A DNA stretch of 64,000 bases from Candidatus Woesearchaeota archaeon (GTDB lineage: Archaea > Nanobdellota > Nanobdellia > Woesearchaeales > UBA583): contig OZ242164.1 of the NCBI GenBank assembly GCA_965205335.1, positions 832,001 through 896,000 of the forward strand. The letters run 5' to 3'. Position numbers and translations under genes: made by a program. Below the pieces are notes generated by a model, which was given only the letters and a program-made list of their open reading frames with translations, was not told the DNA's origin and made no database searches. Below, in pieces: positions 28,723 to 39,539 of the stretch (positions are counted from its first letter, which is position 1; every line of letters begins with the position of its first letter).

Positions 28723-29847
28723 ATGAAAAATCCAAAGGCAGTATTGGTTATGGTGGTTGTAATGACATTTCTTTTAATTCATACCTCATATCAGCATGGT
28801 AATCATGCAAGTGCAGAAACAATATTAAAACATACAGTGTATTCTCCATTTAATACTACATTAGTAGATACTGAGAATGAGTATATTAAGGGGGGAGGAG
28901 AGACAGAAGATGCGGGAATAACACCAATATCTGATAGATTCAAGGATTTAAATTATCCTAGTGGTCTTACAGATACACCTTTTTGTAAGATTGGTGGTTG
29001 GTATACAATAAATGTCTATAATGATCCAGGTGAACATGCGAGGGGTCCCCATGTTCATCCCCGTGCCTCTATATTCAATGAAAGTTTTGAATTATTTTAT
29101 TGTAAAACTACTCTTGACTTAGCAAAAAAAATAAAAATTCCAAGTTCTTGGGATACAACAAATGATCATTTGACATTGTATTGTAATGACGGAGAAGGAC
29201 TTGGCACAAATACTATCAACTTTGAAATATGGACAAGAAATTTAGGAGCATACAAACTATGCATATTAAAAAATCATGATAGAAGCGCAAATAACACAGT
29301 AATTTATGGTTTTGAAGTTGGAAACTCAGTCATTGATTCTAATTCAAATTATTTTTATGATAAAGATGACTTAGGTGATAATCATATTATGAAAGAATTT
29401 AGTACAGATTCTACTGAATCTAATAATTATACATTCTCTAATAAAAATTTTAAATTTGCATATGATCTGGAGGATAGTTTTTTCACATTAACAGATTCTA
29501 ATAAACCATTAGATAAAGATTTAGACTTACCAACCTCTCTTACTGATAATTTATCAAGGGTTTTAATTTTAAACAGAAGAAATGGTGTAACTGCATATGG
29601 ATATGAAACGGCACATAGATTATATAGCGGGGGAGGAAATTCAATAAAACCAGTATATGTTATTGATTTATCAGACTTCTCAGATGAAATGACACAGGAA
29701 AGATGTGAGCATATGTTAGCAAGTTATGGGAATGGAATTAAATGTGATGAATCAAAGAAAATTATAATAGACTCAACAGAATTTGATGAACCAAAAATTC
29801 CATTTAATCTATTCAAGAACATAGTCCTAAGTGCTCAAGATGGATAG
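28723..29847 (+). CDS. Hypothetical secreted protein
   Basis: N-terminal hydrophobic signal; start set to ATG 28723. Confidence 0.6.
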   Translation: MKNPKAVLVMVVVMTFLLIHTSYQHGNHASAETILKHTVYSPFNTTLVDTENEYIKGGGETEDAGITPISDRFKDLNYPSGLTDTPFCKIGGWYTINVYNDPGEHARGPHVHPRASIFNESFELFYCKTTLDLAKKIKIPSSWDTTNDHLTLYCNDGEGLGTNTINFEIWTRNLGAYKLCILKNHDRSANNTVIYGFEVGNSVIDSNSNYFYDKDDLGDNHIMKEFSTDSTESNNYTFSNKNFKFAYDLEDSFFTLTDSNKPLDKDLDLPTSLTDNLSRVLILNRRNGVTAYGYETAHRLYSGGGNSIKPVYVIDLSDFSDEMTQERCEHMLASYGNGIKCDESKKIIIDSTEFDEPKIPFNLFKNIVLSAQDG

Positions 29848-29911
29848 TACAACAAGATAAATATTCCACAACCACAAGAAACACCAAATAACTTTCCTTA
29901 AATTAATTAAA

Positions 29912-30097
29912 ATGAAAAAATTGAAGAACAATAAAAAGGCTATTGAATTAACATTTCAGACAATTGTAATATTTATTATACTAATAATTGTTCTAATATT
30001 TGTCATTGTGTTTTTCACAGAACACTTCACATCAAACAGTAATGTAGCAAAAAACATTAGTGATGGAGTAATTGATTCTGCAAGAAATCTAAACTAA
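29912..30097 (+). CDS. Small archaeal type IV pilin-like protein
   Basis: KKA|IELTFQTIVIFIILIIVL class III signal peptide. Confidence 0.7.
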   Translation: MKKLKNNKKAIELTFQTIVIFIILIIVLIFVIVFFTEHFTSNSNVAKNISDGVIDSARNLN

Positions 30098-30474
30098 TTC
30101 TCGTAATCAAAAGCTCCTTTTGAAAATGCATTTAACGATAATAAGGCACAGTTAACTCTATTTGGGCTTATTTTAATACCTACTAAATCAAAAATATCCT
30201 TCTCTGTTAAACTTTTTGCATCCTTAAAATCCATTCCAATTAACTTAGATGACAGAAGAGAAAAAGATGCAGTTGAAAGAGCGCAACCTTCCCCTTCAAA
30301 CTTAACATCTGAAATCTTTCCCCTATCAACCTTAACATAAATAGTAAACTCGTCACCACACAGAGCATTCTTCTCATATCTAAAAAAAGTATAGTCATCT
30401 AATTTACCGACATTTTGAGGATTCTTATAATTGTCCATCAACTGCTCTTTATAAAACTGCTCTTCATCATCCAT
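30094..30474 (-). CDS. IscU/SufU-type Fe-S cluster scaffold
   Basis: N..CGD, GCALS.AS and R..CALL (three Cys plus Asp). Confidence 0.92.
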   Translation of the reverse strand: MDDEEQFYKEQLMDNYKNPQNVGKLDDYTFFRYEKNALCGDEFTIYVKVDRGKISDVKFEGEGCALSTASFSLLSSKLIGMDFKDAKSLTEKDIFDLVGIKISPNRVNCALLSLNAFSKGAFDYEN

Positions 30475-30630
30475 TATACAAAAAGACTATCAAAGAACTA
30501 TTATAAAAGTTTTTATTTTAAATCTAAAACTTCTCATATCACTTGGAATTTTAAGTTCTTAAGCATTTAAGATTTTCTAAACGAATCCATCTATCTAAAC
30601 TTTATAAACTAAACTCAATTTCATCTCTAT

Positions 30631-31848
30631 ATGAAAAAAACATCTCTTAAAGACTACTTAAGTGAAACACTTGGAGAAGACTTGGCAAAAAAAGTAAACA
30701 GAGCATTTGAAGTAGTTGGAGACATTGCAATAATTGAAATAAATCCTGAGTTAGACAAATACTCAAAACAAATTGGAGAAGCCCTTCTAAAAACAAACAA
30801 ATCCATAAAGACAGTTCTAAAAAAATCAGGAATCCATCATGGGGAATTCAGAACTCAAGATTTAATATATGTTGCAGGAGAAAACAAAAAAGAGACTCAA
30901 TACACCGAAAACGGAATAAGACTTAAAATCAATCCCGTGGCAGTATACTTCTCAGCAAGACTTTCAACAGAAAGAGCCAATCTAATGGATAAATTAAAAC
31001 CTAATAAAAGAATTCTTGTAATGTTTTCAGGAATTGGACCTTACACATTTGTTGCCATGAAAAAACAACCTGACATTAAAAACATCACATCAATTGAAGT
31101 AAATCCAGAAGGACACAAATATGCATTAGAAAACCTAAAACTAAACAAAAACCTCATAAAAAAATCAAAAGATTACAAACAAGTAACACAATTTCTAAAA
31201 GATAACAACATCCTCTTTCACGAAAAAGAATTAATAAGATTAATTAACAATCTAAAATACACATTCATTAACGAAGATGTAAGAAAAGTCATACCAGAAT
31301 TAAAACTAAAAAAATACACAAGGGAAATTTCAAACTACCACAACGAACTCTTCACGATGTCACCAAAAGACATATCTGATTTCTTAAAAGATGCCAAATT
31401 CAAGGAAATATTCATTGACTTAGACAACTTAGAAGATAGAACAAAACTAAAAAACTTATTCATAATATTTTCAGAAAAATTTAATTATATACTAAAAACA
31501 AATAATAAAAAGTACATATTTGATGATTATATAACTAAAACATACCTATTAGACGTTCTAAGAGGCGATAACATTGAAGATATAAACAAATTTGATGAAA
31601 TATATATGCCCCTCCCAAAAGACTCCTCATTATTTCTTAATGTGGCATTCAAAGTTGCAAAACCCCAAACAATAATTCACACATATGATTTTGTTTCATA
31701 TAAAGATTTCCCAGATAAAACACAGAAATCAATTAAAGATATTGCCCAAAAAAATAACGTTAAAATACAAATAATTCAGACAAGAAAATTAGGACAATAC
31801 TCTCCAAGAAAATACAGGGTATGCTGTGACTTTAAAATCATCTCATAA
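30631..31848 (+). CDS. trm5: tRNA (guanine37-N1) methyltransferase Trm5 family, with insertions
   Basis: FEVVGDIAII, ENG, VYFSARLSTER, MFSGIGP and MPLPK. Confidence 0.85.
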   Translation: MKKTSLKDYLSETLGEDLAKKVNRAFEVVGDIAIIEINPELDKYSKQIGEALLKTNKSIKTVLKKSGIHHGEFRTQDLIYVAGENKKETQYTENGIRLKINPVAVYFSARLSTERANLMDKLKPNKRILVMFSGIGPYTFVAMKKQPDIKNITSIEVNPEGHKYALENLKLNKNLIKKSKDYKQVTQFLKDNNILFHEKELIRLINNLKYTFINEDVRKVIPELKLKKYTREISNYHNELFTMSPKDISDFLKDAKFKEIFIDLDNLEDRTKLKNLFIIFSEKFNYILKTNNKKYIFDDYITKTYLLDVLRGDNIEDINKFDEIYMPLPKDSSLFLNVAFKVAKPQTIIHTYDFVSYKDFPDKTQKSIKDIAQKNNVKIQIIQTRKLGQYSPRKYRVCCDFKIIS

Positions 31849-31876
31849 TTATTCCTTAGTTCATTTCTCTACAATG

Positions 31877-31974
31877 GTATAACTTATATCGGTGCACCGT
31901 CAAGGCATGGCATCCGTAGCCGCGAACAGTCGAAAAATTCTCTAAATTGTCTAGTGATGCTGATATGATTATAA
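31877..31974. other. GC-rich imperfect inverted repeat (attC-like or element remnant)
   Basis: tataacttatatcggtgcac ... gtgatgctgatatgattata can pair; the minus strand ends in GTTATAC. Confidence 0.3.
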
Positions 31975-32001
31975 TATACATATCTGATTTTCTATGCAAG
32001 A

Positions 32002-32949
32002 TCAAGCAGTCAAAGGACAACTACTTGATTTTTTAAATTGCTCCAAATTTCCCCAATTTTTCTTTTTATAATTCCATGTGGTAAATTTCAGCCGTATATC
32101 AATGTGTATGAACTCGGCTTCCTTGTTCACTCCCATACCTTTAAAACCATATTTGCGAGCAGAACATATAAATGCTTTCATTTTTTCATAACTCCACCCC
32201 CTGGTACTGATATCAACCGCTGTTCCTCTTAAATGTTCGGAATTCCTGGCATCCGACACATCATCGTTATGTTTGGGGGATCTATAGGCACTGTTGATGA
32301 TAAGTGGTTTATTCAAACCAATGTCTTGGTGCACTGCTTTAAGTTTGGACCATACAATATCTCTGACTCCCTCATACCTCTTTCCGGGTCTTTCATCAGT
32401 GTAACAACCTCTATTGCAGTTGCAACTCACCACACATTCGCTTAATTTTATCATGCCTCCTCTCTCTATCTCATCCTTTATTTTCTCTTTATTTGTATTC
32501 GTCTTATCCTCATCCTTCCTATCCTCATCTGTCCTGTCCCCATCAGTCCTATCTTTATCCGCCCTATTCTCATTTAATAAATTCTTGAACTTCTCATGTA
32601 ATTTACCACCGCAACCTAAATTTTCTTTCTTTTCATTATCTATATCAGAACTATCACATTGCTTAAAATACTTTTCCCACATTTCCCATCTCTTAAAATC
32701 TTTCTCCTCACAACTCTTCTCTAAAAGCATATCCTTAGTACATCTTTCAATATTACACAACTTATCTGTTCTCTCGCACTTCTCAATTGCCAAAGCTTGG
32801 GAAGGAGTTAAAATAACATTAGGAGAATCCTGAAAGAACTTACCAACAACTAAAATTATAACTAAAATAACCACTCCTATAATGATTAGTTCTATAACCT
32901 TTTGAAGGGACAACTCAACAGCTTTTTTATTACCTATTGGGCTTCTCAT
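32002..32949 (-). CDS. Pilin-type class III signal peptide fused to peptidase M15A (Peptidase_M15_3) zinc peptidoglycan peptidase domain
   Basis: KKA|VELSLQKVIELIIIGVVIL; SAYRS, HLRGTAVD (Hx6D) and FIHIDIR. Confidence 0.85.
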   Translation of the reverse strand: MRSPIGNKKAVELSLQKVIELIIIGVVILVIILVVGKFFQDSPNVILTPSQALAIEKCERTDKLCNIERCTKDMLLEKSCEEKDFKRWEMWEKYFKQCDSSDIDNEKKENLGCGGKLHEKFKNLLNENRADKDRTDGDRTDEDRKDEDKTNTNKEKIKDEIERGGMIKLSECVVSCNCNRGCYTDERPGKRYEGVRDIVWSKLKAVHQDIGLNKPLIINSAYRSPKHNDDVSDARNSEHLRGTAVDISTRGWSYEKMKAFICSARKYGFKGMGVNKEAEFIHIDIRLKFTTWNYKKKNWGNLEQFKKSSSCPLTA

Positions 32950-32957
32950 CTTAAACT

Positions 32958-34439
32958 CTATCCCTTAATCACTTCAAAAGAATGGAAATATCTTCTAATC
33001 TTCCCGTGGATTTTAGCTTCAATTTCCAAATCAGGAATCTTAATATCTCCTAAAATACCTTTCTTATTCACAAGTGCAAACCCAATAATTCTTGAATCAT
33101 TCTTTTCAAACCTCTTAAAATTCCAGACTAATTTGAACTGATTTCTCCCCTTCATAACATGATTTGGTTCAGTTAATAAAAAAGAATTATCCCTAATCTG
33201 AAGATACCCAGGCATTCTAAAAATAATCTTCAACAAATCAATCTCGGATTCCTTTATATTTTCAAACCCAATTTTAACCTTCATACTTTTAACACCCTCA
33301 TGCTCAACTTTCTCAACTTCATAAATATCAGTTTCAACATCTAAAGGATTTGATGATTTTCTAATATACCAATAAGTTGCAACACATAAAACAATTAAAA
33401 CCAAAAGATAAAGTGTCAGATAATTAACTGAATAAGTTATAGATTTAGTCTCCCCTTTTTCCAGAGGAATGTTAAATTTTATTCCCTTGTCTGTTTTTTC
33501 ATAATTATCCGAACCTGATGATGAAAATAAGAATCTTTCAAAAAACCCAAGTTTTACATCCCTAACATAAGTATCAAAAACATTACCATTATTTGTTACA
33601 GTAATCATAACCTCATCTTCAAGAAAATTTGATTTAGGTTCAACAACTTCATTTATTTGCCTAATTTCTACAACATTTATTAAACTATTCGCAAACCATT
33701 CTTGAGCAGTGTTTGTATTATTCTCTGTGTGTCTAATAATAACTCTCGCCTCGTACTCCTTTGGATCAATCTTAGGAGATATTTCTGCCTGATAAACTTT
33801 ATAATTTAAAGATTTTGAAAAAGTATCATCAAAGTTCGCAATCTCATGTTCACCTAATTCTACTCTTACATTAACTGAAATTTCCTCTCCCATATTTTTT
33901 ACTTCAATAGTATAATCCAAAGGAGATGCAGGGGACACATCACTTACTGCAAATCTTGGATTAAAAATTATTGGAACAGAATTAGGTTTCTCGATTTTAA
34001 CACGGAACTTCACTAAAACTTCTTCATTTTTTCCTACTACCTTAATAGGAAGATCAAATTCCCCATTATACTCATTATCCTGAGAAATAATTATCTCCTC
34101 AGGGGAAATAACATCAGTACTGTAATCAAACTCTGAATTAGCACTATAACTAAAAGTAATCAGCTTTTTTTTGTTAATTCCTAAATTGAATGTTTTATAA
34201 TTTACTTCAGTATCCCATCCTTTCTGATCAAAAATTACAACTTCAAAGTTCTGAGAAGAATCCAAATTATTATTAACTTCAAGTGCGAATTCTCCATTAA
34301 TATCATCATTAAATACAATACTTTCCTGAGTTTCAATTACTACAGAAAAATCTCCATTTTCATTCAAAGTTATAGCAAAAGCACTACAAATGCCAAATAA
34401 AATCACAAAAAATGTAATAATAAAGGATTTAAAAATCAT
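32958..34439 (-). CDS. Hypothetical surface/S-layer-associated Ig-like protein with signal peptide and internal TM
   Basis: Signal MIFKSFII...SAFA; TM near aa 340; start set to 34439, behind a GA-rich SD. Confidence 0.7.
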   Translation of the reverse strand: MIFKSFIITFFVILFGICSAFAITLNENGDFSVVIETQESIVFNDDINGEFALEVNNNLDSSQNFEVVIFDQKGWDTEVNYKTFNLGINKKKLITFSYSANSEFDYSTDVISPEEIIISQDNEYNGEFDLPIKVVGKNEEVLVKFRVKIEKPNSVPIIFNPRFAVSDVSPASPLDYTIEVKNMGEEISVNVRVELGEHEIANFDDTFSKSLNYKVYQAEISPKIDPKEYEARVIIRHTENNTNTAQEWFANSLINVVEIRQINEVVEPKSNFLEDEVMITVTNNGNVFDTYVRDVKLGFFERFLFSSSGSDNYEKTDKGIKFNIPLEKGETKSITYSVNYLTLYLLVLIVLCVATYWYIRKSSNPLDVETDIYEVEKVEHEGVKSMKVKIGFENIKESEIDLLKIIFRMPGYLQIRDNSFLLTEPNHVMKGRNQFKLVWNFKRFEKNDSRIIGFALVNKKGILGDIKIPDLEIEAKIHGKIRRYFHSFEVIKG

Positions 34440-35382
34440 TTTCTCCCCCTTCCTCTTCTTTTGATTTAGCTTTAATTTTTTTAATCTCATCTTCTAAATT
34501 TAATTTAGAAATTATTTCTTTATATCTGTTTCGTATAGTAACCTCCGTAACTCCTGAAACATCTGAAATATCTCTTTGGGTTTTCCTCTCTCCTTCAAGT
34601 AAGCCTGCGATGTATAAAGCCGCTGCTGCAATTCCTATAGGACCACGGCCAGAAGTTAATTCAAGAGATAAAGCCTTTGATAGAATCTCAACAGCTCTTG
34701 ACTGGGTTCCAGCCCCATAATTTAGAACAGATGCAAATCTTGATATGTAATCTACCGGATTTGAAGGCAAAATCTTAATTCTAAGTTCTCTTGTAATATA
34801 ACGATAAGACCTTCCGATTTCTTTTTTATCAATTCCGGATGCTTCCGCGATCTCATCTAATGTTCTGGGGATATTTTGTCTTCTGCATGCTGCATATACC
34901 ACACCTGCTACAACAGATTCAATACTTCTCCCCCTAACTAAGTTTTTCTGAACAGCTTCAGTATACACCTTTCCTGCTTCCTCTTCAATTGAGGATGGTA
35001 GATTCAGAAAAGATGATAACCTCCTAAGTTCTCCTAATGCAATTTTAAGATTCTTTTCCATAACTGTTGAAAGTCTCTTCTGCCACCTCTTTAATCTCTG
35101 AAGCTTATATCTTTGTTTCTTATCCAGAGAAAAAGCATCTGATTCAGAACCAATTGCAGTTCCCATACCCAAATCAAACTTAGTATATGATGTAGGTGCA
35201 CCAGACCTTCTCATCTCGGAATCATCACTTTCTTCAAAATCCCTCCATTCCTTTCCAAGCGAAATATTCTTTCCATCAATTAGAAGCCCACAACTTCTGC
35301 ATATTATTTCTCCCTTATCCTTGTTGTTGTAAAGATTAGAACTTGCACACTCAGGACATTTTTTAATATTATCTCCACTCAT
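34429..35382 (-). CDS. tfb: Transcription initiation factor IIB
   Basis: CPEC/CRSC zinc ribbon, EWR.F, RGRSIES, PRTLDEIA and GVTEVTIRNRYKE. Confidence 0.97.
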   Translation of the reverse strand: MSGDNIKKCPECASSNLYNNKDKGEIICRSCGLLIDGKNISLGKEWRDFEESDDSEMRRSGAPTSYTKFDLGMGTAIGSESDAFSLDKKQRYKLQRLKRWQKRLSTVMEKNLKIALGELRRLSSFLNLPSSIEEEAGKVYTEAVQKNLVRGRSIESVVAGVVYAACRRQNIPRTLDEIAEASGIDKKEIGRSYRYITRELRIKILPSNPVDYISRFASVLNYGAGTQSRAVEILSKALSLELTSGRGPIGIAAAALYIAGLLEGERKTQRDISDVSGVTEVTIRNRYKEIISKLNLEDEIKKIKAKSKEEEGGENDF

Positions 35383-35748
35383 TTGTTATAAACTGTAATC
35401 TTTTAAAAAATATTCAAAATTCAATTCTATTACCACAAAGTTTTTAAAGTTTACTAAAAACAAATGGTTTTCAATTTATAATACTCTGTAATTACTATTA
35501 GTGCTAATTATATGAATTAAAGACTATTACTCAAAATATTTATGCATGAATTCTGACCACCATAATCAAATAAAAAATGAAAAGAAACATAAGAATATAT
35601 AGTCAGAGTTTCTATCTAATGATGTACTAAATTCTTTCTTTAAAGCCATATTTCAATGGAGAAATAAAATTACAAGTAAATCAATTTAGAAAAGTCCTCA
35701 TCCCAATAATTTTTTAAACTATTATTTCTTTCCTTTTATGAAGTTGTA

Positions 35749-36288
35749 ATGAGTGATGTGCCAGACATAGACAGATTTTTCTTAGAAAAAGACAGAATTG
35801 CAGTTTTTATAGGGCGTAATGGTTCTTGGAAAAAAAAATTTGAAGAGACTTTTAACTGCAAAATAAACATTAATTCAGATAATGGCGAAGTAATAGTTGA
35901 AAGCAACAACCCAACATCTCGGTTTGTATTATCTAATATTATTCACGCAATAAACTATGGACATAACCCTCAGAGTGCAATAAAACTTGAAGACGAAAAC
36001 TATGTCTTAGACGTAATTGACATAAAAACTATGGTTCGCGATCACAACAGATTAAACACAATTATAGGAAGAATCATTGGAAAAAATGGTTCAACAAGAA
36101 AGTTAATTGAAGACATAACAAAATGCAACGTTAGTGTCTATAATAACTATGTAAGTATTATTGGACCTTATGAGAACACTACACTTGTACATGAAGCATT
36201 GGAAATGTTAATCAATGGAGCATCACACAAATCCTTTTATTTGTTCTTAGAAAGAAACAGGGTGAAAATGGACACAGGACTGCTATGA
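35749..36288 (+). CDS. KH-domain rRNA-processing protein (Pno1/Dim2-like)
   Basis: Two KH GxxG motifs: IGRNG and GRIIGKNG. Confidence 0.9.
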   Translation: MSDVPDIDRFFLEKDRIAVFIGRNGSWKKKFEETFNCKININSDNGEVIVESNNPTSRFVLSNIIHAINYGHNPQSAIKLEDENYVLDVIDIKTMVRDHNRLNTIIGRIIGKNGSTRKLIEDITKCNVSVYNNYVSIIGPYENTTLVHEALEMLINGASHKSFYLFLERNRVKMDTGLL

Positions 36289-36389
36289 ACTGCTCTCATT
36301 TATTCAAACACAGAAAAAATTTCTAATTCATCAATTCATAATATCAAGTAGTAACGAAAACATTAAATCATATTTCATTAGAAAATACT

Positions 36390-38825
36390 ATGGATGAACA
36401 AACATTAAGAACCAAAGAAGTTTTTATAGAAAGCGAGCTAAAAGAAGCCTATCTATCATATGCTATGAGTGTAATAATAGGACGTGCTCTGCCTGATGTG
36501 TGTGATGGGCTAAAACCAGTTCACAGAAGAATAATCTATGCAATGCAGGATTTAGGAAACACATTTAACAAACCTCATAAAAAATCTGCAAGAATTGTTG
36601 GAGAAGTAATAGGTAAATATCACCCTCACGGAGACTCCTCAGTTTATGATGCAATGGTAAGACTTGCTCAGGACTGGAATATGCGATACACCCTTGTAAA
36701 CGGACAGGGAAACTTTGGAAGCATTGATGGTGATAATCCTGCGGCTATGCGTTACACTGAAGCTAAAATGTCTAAAATTACAGAAAAATTCTTATTAGAC
36801 ATTGAAAAAGAAACAGTTGAGTGGAGACCAAACTTTGATGACTCACTAAAAGAGCCAGTTGTTCTTCCAACCCGAATCCCTGCCCTTTTAGTTAATGGTT
36901 CTTCGGGAATTGCTGTGGGTATGGCAACAAACATTCCTCCTCATAACCTAAGAGAAATATTAGATGCTGCAATTGATACTATTGATAACCCAGAGCAATC
37001 AGTTGAAGAATTAGTTAGAAAAAACCTCGTAAAAGGTCCTGATTTTCCAACAGGAGCATTAATGCTAAACTCTCCTCAGATTCAGGAAATATATATAAAT
37101 GGAGAAGGTGCTGTTACAATGAAAGCCATCTGTGACATAGAAGAAACAAATAAAGGACGTGAAATAATAGTAATTCATGCAATACCTTACCAATTAAACA
37201 AAGTAAACCTAATTAACCAAATGGTTGAAAATGTAAGAACTGGCAGAATAAAAGACATAACAGACATAAGAGATGAATCAAACAAAAAAGGCATAAGAGT
37301 TGTAATTGAGATAAAAAAGGATTCAGACCCTAATATAATCCTAAACCAATTATACAAATTTACAAATCTTCAGATGAATTTCAATGCAAGACTCTTAGCT
37401 ATCGTTAAAGGAGTTCCAACTATTCTAAACCTGAAATCATATCTTATGAACTTTATCAATTTTAGAAAAGAAATCATAGTAAGAAGAACTAAATTTGAAC
37501 TTAAAAAATCCCAAGAAAGACTGCACATCTTAGAAGGATTAACAATTGCGCTTGATGATATTGATGATGTAATCACTCTTATTAAAAGTTCCAGATCAGG
37601 AGTTGAAGCAAAAGAAGGTTTAATGGGCAGATACAACTTATCAGAAATCCAATCTCAGGCAATCTTGGATATGAGATTACAAAAACTAACAGGACTTGAA
37701 ATGGATAAAATAAGACTTGAATACAAAGAAATCCAAGAACAAATCAAAAGATTAAATTTCATCTTAGATAACGATTCCGAGCAATACAAAATAATCAAAT
37801 TTGAATTTGAAGAAATAAAAGAACAATTTGGTGACGAAAGAAAAACTAAAATAGTTGCAGATGAGGGGACTATGAGCATTGAAGACTTGATTAAAGATGA
37901 AGATTTTGTTGTAATGATTACTCAAAATGATTACATTAAAAAAGTTCCTCTTGAAGAATACAGATCTCAAAAAAGAGGAGGAAAAGGAGTTAATGCAAAC
38001 TTTAAAGGGGAAGATACGATTAAAAACTTATTTGTCTCAAATTCAAAAGATAACATCTTAATATTTACAAATGATGGAAACATAAACTGGATGAAAGCTT
38101 ATGAAGTTCCAACAGTTAAAACTACTATGAAAGGGCGTCCAATTGTAAACTACATTGATTTAAGAGGAAAAAAAATTACAAACATTATTAATGTATCAAA
38201 TCTGCAGGAAGGATATTTAATATTTTTAACAAAGAAAGGAATTATAAAGAAAACTGAAATGAAGAATTTCTGCAGGCCAAGGGCAGGAGGAATTAAAGCA
38301 ATCAATCTTGATGAAGGGGATACTGTTCTATCAGTAATCTATACAAAGGATGTATCACAGGATTTAATAATTCAGTCAAACGTTGGCATGGCAATTCGGT
38401 TCAGGCAGAATGATTTATCCGTTCTTGGAAGAACAGCAAGAGGGGTTAAATCTATGAATTTAAGAAATAATGAGGAAGTTGTAGGTATTGAATTAGCTCA
38501 GGCGGGAAAAACTCTTTTAACCGTCACAAGAAAAGGATTTGGAAAAAGAACTCTATTATCTGAATATCCAACCATTAAAAGAGCAGGACGCGGGGTAATT
38601 GACATTAAAACAGATGAGAGAAACGGAGAAGTTGTCCGGATGAATGCTGTTGGTGAAGATGATGAGATTTTAATTATTACAAAAAAGAAAATTGTACGAA
38701 CACATGTATCTGATTTTAGAATTATCGGAAGAAATACAAAAGGTGTAAAAGTTGTAAACCTTGAAGATGATGATGAGATTCTAAGTGTTGAAAAAATCAC
38801 TAATGAAGATAACAGTGAGGATTAA
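36390..38825 (+). CDS. gyrA: DNA gyrase subunit A
   Basis: [22 protein letters not shown] (catalytic Tyr), GyrA-box QKRGGKG and beta-pinwheel repeats. Confidence 0.97.
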   Translation: MDEQTLRTKEVFIESELKEAYLSYAMSVIIGRALPDVCDGLKPVHRRIIYAMQDLGNTFNKPHKKSARIVGEVIGKYHPHGDSSVYDAMVRLAQDWNMRYTLVNGQGNFGSIDGDNPAAMRYTEAKMSKITEKFLLDIEKETVEWRPNFDDSLKEPVVLPTRIPALLVNGSSGIAVGMATNIPPHNLREILDAAIDTIDNPEQSVEELVRKNLVKGPDFPTGALMLNSPQIQEIYINGEGAVTMKAICDIEETNKGREIIVIHAIPYQLNKVNLINQMVENVRTGRIKDITDIRDESNKKGIRVVIEIKKDSDPNIILNQLYKFTNLQMNFNARLLAIVKGVPTILNLKSYLMNFINFRKEIIVRRTKFELKKSQERLHILEGLTIALDDIDDVITLIKSSRSGVEAKEGLMGRYNLSEIQSQAILDMRLQKLTGLEMDKIRLEYKEIQEQIKRLNFILDNDSEQYKIIKFEFEEIKEQFGDERKTKIVADEGTMSIEDLIKDEDFVVMITQNDYIKKVPLEEYRSQKRGGKGVNANFKGEDTIKNLFVSNSKDNILIFTNDGNINWMKAYEVPTVKTTMKGRPIVNYIDLRGKKITNIINVSNLQEGYLIFLTKKGIIKKTEMKNFCRPRAGGIKAINLDEGDTVLSVIYTKDVSQDLIIQSNVGMAIRFRQNDLSVLGRTARGVKSMNLRNNEEVVGIELAQAGKTLLTVTRKGFGKRTLLSEYPTIKRAGRGVIDIKTDERNGEVVRMNAVGEDDEILIITKKKIVRTHVSDFRIIGRNTKGVKVVNLEDDDEILSVEKITNEDNSED

Positions 38826-38904
38826 TTTCATATTTATATCTTTATCTTTCATTTATAAGATGCTATTTTAAGAATATACTTATTAATTGAAGAATTTTAA
38901 TCCT

Positions 38905-39405
38905 TTATAGTTTCTTATTTCTTGGCTGTTCTCTTATTGCTGGTTTCTTTGAGAATTTATTGTCTAATTTACCTGATAAAAATTCCTCAATAATCTTAGT
39001 TAAAATCCCAATAAACTCCTCTTTTCCCTTTTCATATTCTTCACGGGTTACAAATTCTATAGGATTCCATAAATCAATATATTTCTCAAGTTTTGCAACC
39101 TCATCTCTTGTTGTCATAATCTTTAATTGCTTTGAAACTCTCAAGTTAAACTCCTTAATTGAATTAATATTCTCTCTTAGACTTAATATATCTGCTCTTA
39201 AGGATTTAATATCCGATGCAATTTTTTTAAAATTTGATATAGAATTATGATCAAGCAGTTCAATCTTTTCATCTGCTAAATCAATCTTTGATTCTAAATC
39301 CTTTTGTCTCTGGGTTACTGATAACAGGGCTTTTGAGTGAGTATCAACTTTATCATAGAATGCTTCCTTATTCTTGTCATCACCGCCAAATATATTTGTA
39401 GGCAT
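38905..39405 (-). CDS. Hypothetical coiled-coil protein
   Basis: Heptad pattern; LEKYIDLWNPIEFVTRE motif. Confidence 0.7.
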   Translation of the reverse strand: MPTNIFGGDDKNKEAFYDKVDTHSKALLSVTQRQKDLESKIDLADEKIELLDHNSISNFKKIASDIKSLRADILSLRENINSIKEFNLRVSKQLKIMTTRDEVAKLEKYIDLWNPIEFVTREEYEKGKEEFIGILTKIIEEFLSGKLDNKFSKKPAIREQPRNKKL

Positions 39406-39539
39406 ATATCCAATCTATCTCTAAATACATTTTAAATATTATAGTTGTAACTATGGGATTAAAAATAAATGATGGAGAGTTACCTCTAAAAGTAGAATAC
39501 AAAATCTTAAAAAACCAAGAAATCAAAAGAGGGTAGATA

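Noticed and set aside
31250-31600. Possible intein in trm5
   Set aside because: No Cys/Ser start with His-Asn end and no LAGLIDADG motifs.
31885-31935. GC-rich patch considered as a tRNA
   Set aside because: No cloverleaf or TpsiC arm could be built on either strand.
35383-35748. Long intergenic region as replication origin or ncRNA
   Set aside because: No ORB-like repeats, no cdc6 nearby and no GC-rich structure; consistent with divergent promoters.
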